Source: an uncultured Eubacterium sp.
GTDB lineage: Bacteria; Bacillota; Clostridia; Oscillospirales; CAG-272
NCBI GenBank assembly: GCA_900544285.1
Contig: UQUT01000001.1
Coordinates: forward strand, 59,004 to 123,003
Direction of reading: 5' to 3'
DNA length: 64,000 bases
How positions within the stretch are numbered: the stretch's first letter is position 1; each line of letters starts with the position of its first letter. Shown one piece after another: positions 18,150-27,782 of the stretch. Made by a program: the position numbers and the translations under genes. The notes below the pieces were generated by a model. The model was given only the letters and a program-made list of their open reading frames with translations, made no database searches and had not been told where the DNA came from.

Positions 18150-18375
18150 TTGAAAACAGAAAAAACCTCCTTTTTATGTAGAATCCGCTACATAAATGGA
18201 GGCAGTTCGACTATTCTTCTTCCAGAATATGTAGCAACGGGATGCGGACTCTGCACCGCCAGTGAATGCTTCACTGTTCGTCCCACCGCCAACTCCCCGT
18301 CCGGTGGGCACTTCGTGCCGATTGGCACACGCACAAAACCCTACTTTGCTGTTCGAATACCTGAATTCATAGGTA
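18150..18375 (-). ncRNA. structured 5' leader ending in an intrinsic terminator (18155-18203). It is a candidate riboswitch, possibly THF-like given the folT context.
   Basis: A -10-like box tatact lies at ~18380-18395. The leader holds nested hairpins GUGCCAAUCGGCAC and CAGUGAAGCAUUCACUG, the direct repeat UGGCGGUG x2, and fragments AGUAGG, CACGAAG and GCAUCC. The terminator is cctccatttatgtag-cggattc-tacataaaaaggagg plus UUUUUU, ending 40 nt before the ATG. Confidence 0.35.
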
Positions 18376-18720
18376 TCCGATTAGTATAGTATAGCATATT
18401 TTTTCAGAAAAGAAAAGGTTATTCTTTCCATCAAATATAGATATTCATAATATGGGTATTCATAAATTCCAATTTTATTTTCTCAAGCATAGAGGCAATA
18501 AATTAAGCTCTGATATATAGTGGAAAATGCTTCGCTTTCCTGCACTTCCTTCTGAACGGCGACTATCCTCTTTTCCATTATAGCGTTTTCACGCTTCTCT
18601 GCAGCGGTAACTATCTCTTTCGATTTGTAATTGGTGGTAGAACCGAGGCCACCAGCTTTATCACCCCGATAATCTTGTGCTGTTTCTATACGGAAATGTT
18701 TGCCAGAATATTGAGAAGAA

Positions 18721-18762
18721 GAGAACCTCTTGTGGCTTTTTTGAACTTCAGGAGGTTCTTCA
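18721..18762. repeat. about 41-bp palindromic element, copy B
   Basis: agaacctcttg tggcttttttgaactt caggaggttcttc. It has 2 mismatches relative to copy A and the same orientation. Confidence 0.6.
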
Positions 18763-18811
18763 CAATCCGAGTTTTATATTCGCCAAACAGTTTGAAAGGC
18801 TGTCATTAAGA

Positions 18812-19213
18812 CTATATCATCCCTATCACTTCTGCTGCTTTTGGCAAAAATATGATGAGTCCCACGATTGCTGCCCCTATCGCCAATATCAAGACTCCGC
18901 CAGCAGCTACATCTTTCGCCAGTTTCGCCTTTTCATTCTTATAGGGCATTACCATATCCACAACAGTTTCAATCGCTGTATTGAACAACTCTCCACTGAT
19001 TACGACAGCAAAACAGAGAATGCAGGCAACCCATTCATACCGATTGATTTTTAACAGCATCCCCATAACGATCACTAACAACATAATGACGACATGGATC
19101 TTCATATTTCTTTCGCTTAAAAAGGACGAAACGATTCCCTGTCCTGCGTATTTGAAACTATTCGCTAACTTTTTCGCTTTCGTTTTTACCACTCCGTTTT
19201 TCTTTGGATTCAT
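18812..19213 (-). CDS. dgkA: diacylglycerol / undecaprenol kinase (DgkA family)
   Basis: A 133-aa 3-TM protein with the typical DgkA size and hydrophobicity. ELFNTAIE is present. Confidence 0.7.
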   Translation of the reverse strand: MNPKKNGVVKTKAKKLANSFKYAGQGIVSSFLSERNMKIHVVIMLLVIVMGMLLKINRYEWVACILCFAVVISGELFNTAIETVVDMVMPYKNEKAKLAKDVAAGGVLILAIGAAIVGLIIFLPKAAEVIGMI

Positions 19214-19857
19214 TTCGTTTCCTCTTTTAAGACAAATTTGTCAACCGCACTCACATAGATAATCAAATAGGAAATTGAAATCAGGAAGCCTGCCAATACA
19301 TCGCTTGTGTAATGAACGCCTAAATAAATCCTGCTGACGCCAATTGCAATAATCAGGATACTCAGCACTGCTATGGCAGACCATTTCAAGTGCTTGTTCG
19401 TTACATACCTGTAGATCAGGTAAATGATAAATCCATAGAAAGCCATACTCACCATTGAATGCCCAGACGGGAAGCTGTAACCAACCTCATCAATAATCCT
19501 GTATTCAATCGGTCTTGGCCTTTGGACGATTTGCTTCAGCAACAGATTCAAGCCGGTTATAAGACCAAGATTGACGGCAATCGACATCCCGACCTTTTTA
19601 TCCTTAATAAAGATAAAGAGAAGAACCGTGAGTGCAAGCAACACAAAGGCTCCGCCGAAATTTGTAATAACTTTTGCTATGGGCGTAGCAAAATCTGATA
19701 TTAAAAACTTTGAAATAATCTGATACCCGATAATATCGCCGTTCATAATTTCCTGCCGGAATACATCTTCCGCTAAAGCCAAAAAGCCTATTAAACACCC
19801 AAACAGGATGATCCACTTCAAATTATGAATAACAAATGCCTTTATTTTTTCGAACAT
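19210..19857 (-). CDS. PAP2-family phosphatase (BcrC/undecaprenyl-diphosphatase-like)
   Basis: KQIVQRPRP, PSGHS and SRIYLGVHYTSDV are the three PAP2 signature motifs. Confidence 0.8.
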   Translation of the reverse strand: MFEKIKAFVIHNLKWIILFGCLIGFLALAEDVFRQEIMNGDIIGYQIISKFLISDFATPIAKVITNFGGAFVLLALTVLLFIFIKDKKVGMSIAVNLGLITGLNLLLKQIVQRPRPIEYRIIDEVGYSFPSGHSMVSMAFYGFIIYLIYRYVTNKHLKWSAIAVLSILIIAIGVSRIYLGVHYTSDVLAGFLISISYLIIYVSAVDKFVLKEETK

Positions 19858-19884
19858 GGATACCTCCGAATTTTGTTTCCGTTC

Positions 19885-21102
19885 TTATGCCTCTTTTGGA
19901 GTATGCAGCTTCAACGCAAGCAGGATTGCGGATAACAGTGATAACATACCGCCGAACACAAACGGCGCAAACACGCCGATCCCGTCCCAAAGCAGACCTG
20001 CGATCACGCTTGCCGGAAGCAAAGCGATTCCCGCCAATGTGGAGTGCAGGCCGAGCATTGTCCCTTTAAGCTGCGGCGGTGCGATTTCTGCAATAAACGC
20101 CCGTTCCGCCCCTGCGGTCATCGCCGTATAAATACCGTAGACCACAAAAATCAAAATCATAAACGGTTTGGAATTGCAGAAAGCAAACCCGAAATAGACA
20201 AGCGAGAAGGTAAGATACCCGCCCACAAGCAAACGCTTCCTGCCGATTTTGTCCGAGAGCTTGCCGCAGGGAATGGCTAACAGCGAAGCGGTCAGATTGT
20301 AGATAAAATACAGCAGGATGGTGGTGCTGCTGTCAAAGCCTATATCCGAAGCCCTGAGAAGCAGAAAGCTGTTTGAGGAATTGCCGAGCGTAAATAAAAA
20401 TGTAATGGCAAGGTAAAGTTTCAGTCTGCCGTCCAGCTTTGAGATATTCTTCCAAAAGTGTTCCCGTTGCACGGTTTCCCGTTTCTCCTTTTTCTCTTGA
20501 ACAAAGAAAAACAGAAGGAGTGCAATCACAATCGGGATGATGGAAACAGCGAACACTGTTTTGTAGCCGCTGGTGCCCGCACCGATATTCTTCATCAGGA
20601 GAAACGCCAATAGAATCCCGATGGCCGAGCCTGCCATATCAAGCATTTTGTGAATCCCGAAGGCTTTGCCCATACTGTTTTTATCGGCGCTCTCCGAAAC
20701 CATTACATCTCTCGGGGCAGTCCGGATTCCTTTGCCGAAACGGTCAATCACCCTTGCGGCAAGGATACCGCCCCAAGATCCGGCGAACAGCAGCGCCGCC
20801 TTATATAACAGCCCGGTGGCATACCCGCTGAACGCAATCGCTTTCTTGTGCTGAAAACGGTCGCTGATATATCCGCTGAACACCTTTAAGAGACTGGCGA
20901 CGCTTTCCGCAATTCCCTCAATGATACCGACCAGCACAGGCGTTGCCCCGAACACCGCCGTCAGGTACAGCGGAATCAATGGGTAGACCATTTCACTGGA
21001 TATATCCGCAAAACAGCTAATCAGCCCGAGTATGATAATGTTTTGGGTTCCCTTAACAATCAGTTCTTTGCTCTTTTTAGTTTTTTGTTCCATTGCTCTC
21101 AC
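19885..21102 (-). CDS. MFS transporter
   Basis: 12 TM. The D-R-x-G-R-K/R-like loop reads VIDRFGKGIRTAPRD. Confidence 0.75.
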   Translation of the reverse strand: MRAMEQKTKKSKELIVKGTQNIIILGLISCFADISSEMVYPLIPLYLTAVFGATPVLVGIIEGIAESVASLLKVFSGYISDRFQHKKAIAFSGYATGLLYKAALLFAGSWGGILAARVIDRFGKGIRTAPRDVMVSESADKNSMGKAFGIHKMLDMAGSAIGILLAFLLMKNIGAGTSGYKTVFAVSIIPIVIALLLFFFVQEKKEKRETVQREHFWKNISKLDGRLKLYLAITFLFTLGNSSNSFLLLRASDIGFDSSTTILLYFIYNLTASLLAIPCGKLSDKIGRKRLLVGGYLTFSLVYFGFAFCNSKPFMILIFVVYGIYTAMTAGAERAFIAEIAPPQLKGTMLGLHSTLAGIALLPASVIAGLLWDGIGVFAPFVFGGMLSLLSAILLALKLHTPKEA

Positions 21103-21557
21103 CCCTCAATCAGCTTTTTCACGTCCGGGAATCCAGACCGGGACTGCTGTTTTGACCGCAGATACAATTCATTCAGAATCCGGCAAAACTCGTTTCTATC
21201 TTCTTCGGGCAGTTCTGACAACAGCCATTCATAAAAGGCTTGCTCGAGCGAAACTTTAGAGTTCCGCAGGTTTTCTGCCTTTTCGGTCGCATAGAGCAGT
21301 TGGCTGCGCCCGTCTGCCGGATTTTCCTTGCGAATGAGATACCCCTTTGCCTCCAGACTGGCGGCTTGTCGTGCGGCAGCCCCCTTGTCAATCTTCAATT
21401 CTTCCCTGATTTGTGCCTGTGTAAGTTCGGGATGATGGCGGAGCAGATGAATGAAATCAAACTCTGCTGTACCAATTCCGTCCTCTTTCATAGTCTGTAC
21501 CGTGAACTTGCTGACCTCACGGGCAATCTTTGTAATCTGTCTTTTGCTGTAATCCAT
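21099..21557 (-). CDS. MarR-family transcriptional regulator
   Basis: The winged HTH reads LTQAQIREELKIDKGAAARQAASLEAKGYLIR. ATGA overlap with the MFS gene. Confidence 0.8.
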   Translation of the reverse strand: MDYSKRQITKIAREVSKFTVQTMKEDGIGTAEFDFIHLLRHHPELTQAQIREELKIDKGAAARQAASLEAKGYLIRKENPADGRSQLLYATEKAENLRNSKVSLEQAFYEWLLSELPEEDRNEFCRILNELYLRSKQQSRSGFPDVKKLIEG

Positions 21558-21733
21558 ATCGCACCTCTCTTGGATAGATGTAGTATCAACTATATTTATA
21601 TGATACTACATCTTCTTTAAAAAATCAAGGTGCTTTATCGACAATTCTTCTTGATTAAATCATAGAAGAAAAGTATACTATAAAGGGATATACTACATTC
21701 AAGTATAGTTTTGCGGATGAAATCACGAGGTGG

Positions 21734-23497
21734 ATGGTTATGGATATTTTCGATGTATTAACGCTCATAGGAGGCTTATGCCTGTTCCTTTTCGGTATGA
21801 ATTTGATGGGAGACTCTTTAGCAAGAAGCGCCGGGAATAGGCTTGAAATTGTTATCGGCAAACTGACGACCGGGAAATTGGCGGGGCTGCTCACTGGTCT
21901 TGGCGTTACGGCGGTGATCCAAAGTTCATCGGCTACAACGGTTATGGTGGTTGGCCTGGTCAATTCCAGATTGATGAGTCTAAAACAGGCCATTCACGTA
22001 ATTATGGGTGCGAATATCGGCACAACCGTTACGGCGTGGATTCTCAGCTTAAGCGGTATTTCCGGCAGCAACATCTTCCTGAAACTCCTAAAACCTTCCT
22101 CCTTCACGCCAATTCTCGCCCTGATCGGTATCATTTTCCTGATGTTTACAAAGAGCAATAAAAAGAAAGACATCGGCATGGTTTTGCTGGGATTTGCCAC
22201 GCTGATGTTCGGGATGGAAACCATGACCGGCGCTGTCTCCGGGCTGAGGGATATTCCCGCTTTTCAGGAATTGTTCATTATGTTCAAGAACCCGATTTTG
22301 GGCGTGCTTGTTGGTGCGATTCTCACCGCAATCATTCAGTCGAGTTCCGCTTCTGTGGGAATCCTTCAGGCACTTGCGGCAACCGGCGTCGTTTCTTACG
22401 GAGCTGCCATTCCGATTATTATGGGACAGAATATCGGAACCTGCATTACAGCGATTCTTTCCTCCGTGGGTACAACAAAGAATGCCAAAAGAGCTGCTCT
22501 CGTGCATTTATCCTTTAACGTGATAGGAACTGTCGTTTGTCTCGGGATTTTCTCGGTTGTAAAGGTTTTGTTTGCCCCGACAATGCTGAATGCTCCTGCT
22601 ACATATGCGGGCATCGCCACGGCGCACTCTATTTTCAACATCGCCTGCACCCTGATTCTCCTGCCTATGTCGGGGCTGCTCGAGAAACTTGCGTACAAAC
22701 TTGTTCCAGACACCAAACTCCCGGAAAACATTTCTCAGCTTGATAACAGACTTCTCGCAACACCTGCCCTGGCTTTGGAATGCGCCCACAACCTGACTTT
22801 TGAAATGGCTAAGGTTGCCACCGACGCACTTCGGAATAGTATCCAGTGCCTTTCCAACTATGACAAGGAAAAAGCACAGGCTATTCGTGCTGCTGAGGAC
22901 GAAACCGACCACTATGAAGATGTTATTGGCAGTTATCTTGTAAAAGTGAGTACAAAACGGCTCAACGACGCAGATGGGGCAACTGCTTCTATGTTGCTAA
23001 GAGTCATCGGAGATTTTGAACGGATCTCCGATCACGCCGTAAACATACTGGAATCTGCGGAGGAAATGCGGGAGAAAGGCATTGCATTCTCCGACAGCGC
23101 AAAATCAGAACTGGATTCTCTCTCAGAGGCGACACTTGAAATCATTTCCTTGTCATACCGGGCCTTTGTTGACGAAAATGCGGAGCAGGCGACGCTTGTG
23201 GAACCACTTGAACAGGTGATTGACAGGCTGAAGGAACTGCTTCGGGCACGACATATTGATCGTTTGCGTATTGGTGATTGCAGCATTGAAGCAGGTTTCG
23301 TATGGAGCGATTTAATTACCAATATGGAAAGGGTTTCCGACCACTGTTCCAATATTGCAGGCTGTGTGATGGATACCAAGGATCAGAATATGAACCTGCA
23401 CTCGTCTTTGAAAATGCTGAGAATTGATAACGACAGTTACCGGCAGAAGTATGACGAATACACCAAGAAGTATTTTTCATTTATGCAGAATCTTTGA
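21734..23497 (+). CDS. Na+/phosphate cotransporter family protein (NptA-like with PhoU-like C-terminal domains)
   Basis: Duplicated QSSSAT and QSSSAS motifs, GANIGTT and GQNIGTC. The C-terminal region is soluble and PhoU-like. Confidence 0.8.
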   Translation: MVMDIFDVLTLIGGLCLFLFGMNLMGDSLARSAGNRLEIVIGKLTTGKLAGLLTGLGVTAVIQSSSATTVMVVGLVNSRLMSLKQAIHVIMGANIGTTVTAWILSLSGISGSNIFLKLLKPSSFTPILALIGIIFLMFTKSNKKKDIGMVLLGFATLMFGMETMTGAVSGLRDIPAFQELFIMFKNPILGVLVGAILTAIIQSSSASVGILQALAATGVVSYGAAIPIIMGQNIGTCITAILSSVGTTKNAKRAALVHLSFNVIGTVVCLGIFSVVKVLFAPTMLNAPATYAGIATAHSIFNIACTLILLPMSGLLEKLAYKLVPDTKLPENISQLDNRLLATPALALECAHNLTFEMAKVATDALRNSIQCLSNYDKEKAQAIRAAEDETDHYEDVIGSYLVKVSTKRLNDADGATASMLLRVIGDFERISDHAVNILESAEEMREKGIAFSDSAKSELDSLSEATLEIISLSYRAFVDENAEQATLVEPLEQVIDRLKELLRARHIDRLRIGDCSIEAGFVWSDLITNMERVSDHCSNIAGCVMDTKDQNMNLHSSLKMLRIDNDSYRQKYDEYTKKYFSFMQNL

Positions 23498-23531
23498 CAC
23501 CATATTTTTAGAAGAAAAGTCTCACAATTAC

Positions 23532-23560
23532 TTGACAATTATCATATAATGCAATATACT
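23532..23560 (+). promoter_or_regulatory. sigma-A-type promoter for the CDF transporter leader
   Basis: TTGACA, then 17 nt, then TATACT. Confidence 0.55.
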
Positions 23561-23604
23561 ATAACTTAATCTTTGCACTGTATTACATTCTTTTGCAGAA
23601 TGCG

Positions 23605-23730
23605 AGATCAACAGTACAAACTGAGTAGGCGATAATCTTTCTGATTATGGGGCTGGGCCGTTATCGGCAGCAGGTTGTATGTTCACACACCTGCGGGACA
23701 GTTGTATGTTCCGTAGGTGTGTTTTTTATA
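23605..23730 (+). ncRNA. candidate NiCo (czcD-type) metal riboswitch with a terminator expression platform
   Basis: The leader contains CAGUACAAACUGAGUAGGC and GGGACAGU, and sits upstream of a CDF metal exporter. The terminator is acacacctgcgg...ccgtaggtgtgt plus UUUUUU at 23685-23728. The ATG lies 85 nt further on. Confidence 0.45.
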
Positions 23731-23813
23731 CCCTTTTTGGAACGGTTAAATCTCAAGGTGCCTATAAGAGAAATCATCACCGCCGCATAAAGCGGAAGAA
23801 GGAGGATTCTTTT

Positions 23814-24770
23814 ATGACTACTAACAACAAACACCGCACCGATATGGTTTCCGGAAAACCGGCCGTCAACGAACAGGCGGTCATCCGGAACCTGTCTTTG
23901 GTGAGCGTGATCGGCAACGCTCTCCTGTCCGGCTTCAAAATCATTGCAGGAATTGTGGGGCATTCCGGTGCCATGATTTCCGATGCTGTTCATTCCTTTT
24001 CCGATGTACTTACTACCATCATTGCATACATCGGTGTGAAGGTTTCCAAAAAAGCGGCAGACCGGGCGCATCCCTATGGTCACGAGCGCATGGAATGCGT
24101 CGCTTCCCTGCTTTTGAGTCTGATGCTGATGGCTACAGGCGTTGGGATCGGCGCAGTCGGTTTGAAAAACATTCTTTCCGGGCATTACGAAACCCTTGAA
24201 ATCCCCGGTGCGATTGCTCTGGCTGCTGCTATTGTCTCCATTATCGGAAAAGAAGCCATGTACTGGTACACCCGGCACTACGCCAAGCTCATCAATTCCG
24301 CAGCGTTTATGGCCGACGCCTGGCACCATCGCTCCGACGCTTTTTCCTCTGTCGGTTCTTTAATCGGAATCGGCGGCGCTATGCTGGGATTCCCGGTGCT
24401 GGACTCTGTTGCCAGCGTGGTGATCTGCCTGTTCATTTTGAAGGTGGGATATGACATCCTGAAGGATTCCATTTCCAAAATGCTGGATACCTCCTGCGGC
24501 CAGACCTATGAGAAGGATTTGCGGGAGTTTGTAGAGGCGCAGGACGGCGTTGTCTGCGTGGATTTGCTTCGCACAAGGATGTTCGGCAACAAAATCTACA
24601 TTGATTTGGAGATTGAATTGGACGGCAATTTGCTTCTGCGGGACAGCCATGCCATCGCTGAACGGGTTCATAACCTTGTGGAAACCAAATATCCGGAGAT
24701 AAAGCACATTATGATCCATGTGAATCCGGCTGAATATTCTACATCCGAGACTTCTCAGGATATGAAGTAA
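23814..24770 (+). CDS. cation diffusion facilitator (CDF) family divalent-metal efflux transporter
   Basis: 6 TM plus a C-terminal cytoplasmic domain. AVHSFSDVL and HPYGHERME are present. ATG at 23814 follows GGAAGAAGGAGG. Confidence 0.8.
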   Translation: MTTNNKHRTDMVSGKPAVNEQAVIRNLSLVSVIGNALLSGFKIIAGIVGHSGAMISDAVHSFSDVLTTIIAYIGVKVSKKAADRAHPYGHERMECVASLLLSLMLMATGVGIGAVGLKNILSGHYETLEIPGAIALAAAIVSIIGKEAMYWYTRHYAKLINSAAFMADAWHHRSDAFSSVGSLIGIGGAMLGFPVLDSVASVVICLFILKVGYDILKDSISKMLDTSCGQTYEKDLREFVEAQDGVVCVDLLRTRMFGNKIYIDLEIELDGNLLLRDSHAIAERVHNLVETKYPEIKHIMIHVNPAEYSTSETSQDMK

Positions 24771-24886
24771 ATGTAAAAGCCTTAGTTTATAGTAAGTAGA
24801 GTTTACCACTATATAGATATTCCAGACTTTACGATGGGGCAGTCTGCTTACATAAAACAATCATTTTCTTAACTCTTACAAATCAA

Positions 24887-24933
24887 GGCCGCCATTCTCC
24901 TGTGAGAGTGGCGGCCTTGTCTTCTGTTTTTTT
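24887..24933. terminator. intrinsic terminator between CDF and pdxT
   Basis: aaggccgcca ttctcctgtgagag tggcggcctt plus a T-run. Compare the similar hairpin at 27691-27722. Confidence 0.6.
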
Positions 24934-24953
24934 GTCCGGTTTTGTAAACATTC

Positions 24954-25532
24954 TTAACGCTCAATATCCTGTGCAACCATCTTTATAAAATATTGGTGAA
25001 CAGAAAGGTCATCATTTAATTCCGGATGGAACGCCGTCACAAGCTGGTTGTTCTGGCGAGCTGCCACAATATGACCGTCCACGGTGGCTAAAGCCTGTGC
25101 CTCCCCGGAAACTTTTTCGATATATGGCGCACGGATAAAGGTCATAGGGATTTTCCCGATGCCCTGAAACGCCGCTTCCGTGTAAAAACTGCCAAGCTGT
25201 CTCCCGTACGCATTTCGCACCGCCGTAATATCCATTGTCGCAAAATGCACCCTATCATCGTTTTGTATTGTTTTCGCAAGCAAAAGGAGTCCCGCACAGG
25301 TGCCGAACACCGGAAAGCCCTCCGTTATCCTCTTTTTCAGCGGTTCAGAAAGGCCAAGCTCATACATCAGCTTGCCCTGCACGGTACTCTCACCGCCGGG
25401 GATAATCAGCCCATCGAAGGACTGTTCCAAATCCTCTTTTTTTCGGATTTCCATAGAGGAAACGCCAAGCCGGGACAGCATCTGCTCATGCTCGATAAAC
25501 GCCCCTTGCAGGGCAAGTACAGCAATCCGCAT
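24954..25532 (-). CDS. pdxT: pyridoxal 5'-phosphate synthase glutaminase subunit
   Basis: [10 protein letters not shown]...GGESTV...FGTCAG...HPE matches a class I glutamine amidotransferase of the PdxT type. Confidence 0.9.
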   Translation of the reverse strand: MRIAVLALQGAFIEHEQMLSRLGVSSMEIRKKEDLEQSFDGLIIPGGESTVQGKLMYELGLSEPLKKRITEGFPVFGTCAGLLLLAKTIQNDDRVHFATMDITAVRNAYGRQLGSFYTEAAFQGIGKIPMTFIRAPYIEKVSGEAQALATVDGHIVAARQNNQLVTAFHPELNDDLSVHQYFIKMVAQDIER

Positions 25533-25535
25533 CCC

Positions 25536-26411
25536 TTATTTTCCTCTCTCCGCCATCAGCAGTTCAATCTCCTGCTCATTAATTCCAACCATTGCTTCGC
25601 CCAAATCTTCCGACAGTTGTGCAAGCATTTTTGCGTCTGTAAAATTGGTTACTGCCTTCACAATCGCTGCGGCTCTTTTTTCGGGGTTGCCCGACTTGAA
25701 AATGCCCGAGCCTACAAAGACGCCCTCTGCACCGAGCTGCATCATAAGGGCTGCGTCTGCCGGAGTAGCCACACCGCCTGCGGCAAAGTTTACTACAGGG
25801 AGCTTTTTGTGTTCGTGAACATACTGTACCAGTTCATAAGGAACCTGAAGCTGCTTTGCTGTATCGAACAATTCGTCCTCTGCCATAGAACCAATCCTGC
25901 GGATTTCAGCCTGCATCATTCTCATATGCCGTACAGCCTGAACAACATCTCCTGTACCGGGTTCGCCCTTTGTGCGGATCATAGACGCCCCCTCATTGAT
26001 ACGGCGCAGTGCTTCCCCAAGATCTTTGGCACCGCAAACAAAGGGTACGTCAAACTTGGTTTTGTCAATGTGGTATTTATCATCTGCCGGGGAGAGAACC
26101 TCCGACTCATCAATGTAATCAATCTCAATCGCCTGAAGGATCTGCGCTTCGGCAAAGTGGCCGATACGGCATTTCGCCATAACGGGAATCGACACAGCTT
26201 CCTGTATCCCTTTAATCATTTTGGGATCGCTCATACGGGATACGCCGCCTGCCGCACGGATATCCGCAGGGATTCTTTCCAAAGCCATAACAGCACAGGC
26301 ACCCGCCGCTTCTGCAATCTTGGCCTGTTCCGGGGTGGTAACGTCCATAATAACGCCGCCCTTTAACATCTGGGCAAGATTTTTATTCAGTTCATATCTT
26401 TTTTCTGACAT
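25536..26411 (-). CDS. pdxS: pyridoxal 5'-phosphate synthase lyase subunit
   Basis: [13 protein letters not shown]...[24 protein letters not shown] is the PdxS/SNZ signature. I chose the internal start MSEKRYEL (ATG at 26411). Confidence 0.9.
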   Translation of the reverse strand: MSEKRYELNKNLAQMLKGGVIMDVTTPEQAKIAEAAGACAVMALERIPADIRAAGGVSRMSDPKMIKGIQEAVSIPVMAKCRIGHFAEAQILQAIEIDYIDESEVLSPADDKYHIDKTKFDVPFVCGAKDLGEALRRINEGASMIRTKGEPGTGDVVQAVRHMRMMQAEIRRIGSMAEDELFDTAKQLQVPYELVQYVHEHKKLPVVNFAAGGVATPADAALMMQLGAEGVFVGSGIFKSGNPEKRAAAIVKAVTNFTDAKMLAQLSEDLGEAMVGINEQEIELLMAERGK

Positions 26412-26504
26412 TTTCGTTGTCCTCCTTGATTTTATTACTTTCATAGGATACAATATATTTGACCATATTGAAATAGCCAAAACAGGAGAATAATATATAG
26501 CCAG

Positions 26505-27587
26505 ATGAACTACACAATTGACATCAACCTGCAAATGCCTGCATATCTTCAGTTATACAATCAAATCAAAGCGGATATTGTAAAGGGGATTTATCCCTAT
26601 GGCAGCAAAGTCCCTTCTAAGCGTACAATGGCAGTGGAAACAGGGATAAGCACCATAACCGTAGAACACGCCTACGCTCTGCTTTGCGAAGAAGGATATA
26701 TTGAATCCCGGGAACGAAGTGGTTTCTTTGTCGTTTTTCGGTTAGTCGATGGTTTTGCTTCCACGCCTCAAAAGCCAGTGCCTCCAAAGATTTTACCCCA
26801 TTCCCATCACGCCAACCTTGAATTTCCGTTTTCCATTTTGACAAAGGCCATGCGCCGTGTGATGAGCGATTACGGCGAAAATATCTTAATCAAATCGCCA
26901 AACTCCGGCTGCGTGGAGCTTCGGGAAACGCTCAGGCAGTATTTAGCACGCAATCGTGGCATTTATATTGACACCGAGCAGATTATCATCGGCTCCGGGG
27001 CAGAATATTTATATACCCTGATTGTCGGGATTTTGGGGCAGGAACAAATCTTTGCACTGGAATCGCCGTCTTATGAAAAAATAGAACAGGTGTATCAGGC
27101 GGCAGGGATAACCTGCGACCTGCTGCCGCTTGGTTCGGATGGGATCGAAAGTTCCGCACTGGCTCAGACAAAAGCGACTGTTCTGCACCTGTCCCCTTAC
27201 CGGAGTTTTCCAACCGGGATTACGGCATCGGCGTCCAAGAGATATGAATACATCCGGTGGGCGGAACAACCCGGGCATTTTCTTGTTGAGGATGACTTTG
27301 AATCCGAGTTTACGATTTCAACCAAGCCGGAAGAAACGCTGTTTTCACTCTCTGAAAATGATAACGTGATCTATCTCAATACATTTTCCCAAACAATTTC
27401 GCCGTCCTTACGCATGGGGTATATGGTACTTCCGAAGCGGCTTGTAAACATCTTTTCTGAAAAACTCGGATTTTACTCCTGCACCGTGCCAACCTTCGAG
27501 CAGCTTGTATTGGCAAAACTGATTTCGGAGGGGGACTTTGAAAGGCATATCAACCGGATTCGGAGAGCGAAACGAAAGAATATATGA
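26505..27587 (+). pseudogene. pdxR: MocR/GntR-family PLP-dependent regulator (PdxR-like). It looks truncated: 360 aa against the usual 450-480.
   Basis: The N-terminal GntR HTH (KVPSKRTMAVETGISTITVEHAY) is followed by an aminotransferase-fold domain. The protein ends at ...ERHINRIRRAKRKNI, lacking the ~100-aa C-terminal lobe. It is divergent from pdxST, as expected for PdxR. Confidence 0.6.
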
Positions 27588-27782
27588 TTGCGTCATCGTG
27601 GAAAAAGATTTTTTGAATGGGAATCATCAAGTTTTGTATTCAAGCTAAATTTCAATGGCAGCAGCGAGAATTCCGTCAATTAAAAGACCGCCTTCCCATA
27701 TGAGAGTGGCGGTCTTGCATTTTACTTGTGCGGCACTTTTTCGTATACACTTACTTACCACATACGAAAATTCGTATTGGTT

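Noticed and set aside
18487-18700. Open minus-strand frame encoding ...GDKAGGLGSTTNYKSKEIVTAAEKRENAIMEKRIVAVQKEVQESEAFSTIYQSLIYCLYA without an ATG
   Set aside because: No start codon or ribosome-binding site. It is possibly a decayed gene fragment or chance frame between the REP-like copy and the folT promoter. The evidence is insufficient to call a pseudogene.
25245-26366. 373-aa plus-strand ORF, and a 172-aa ORF at 25300-25818
   Set aside because: Both are antisense to pdxS and pdxT, which have unmistakable signatures, and both have Ser/Pro/Arg-rich low-complexity translations.
26412-26504. Possible PdxR operator repeats (ATATTTGA / ATATTGAA) in the pdxR-pdxS divergent region
   Set aside because: They are only weakly repeated and do not match the B. 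subtilis PdxR box that I remember. This is too speculative to list as a feature.
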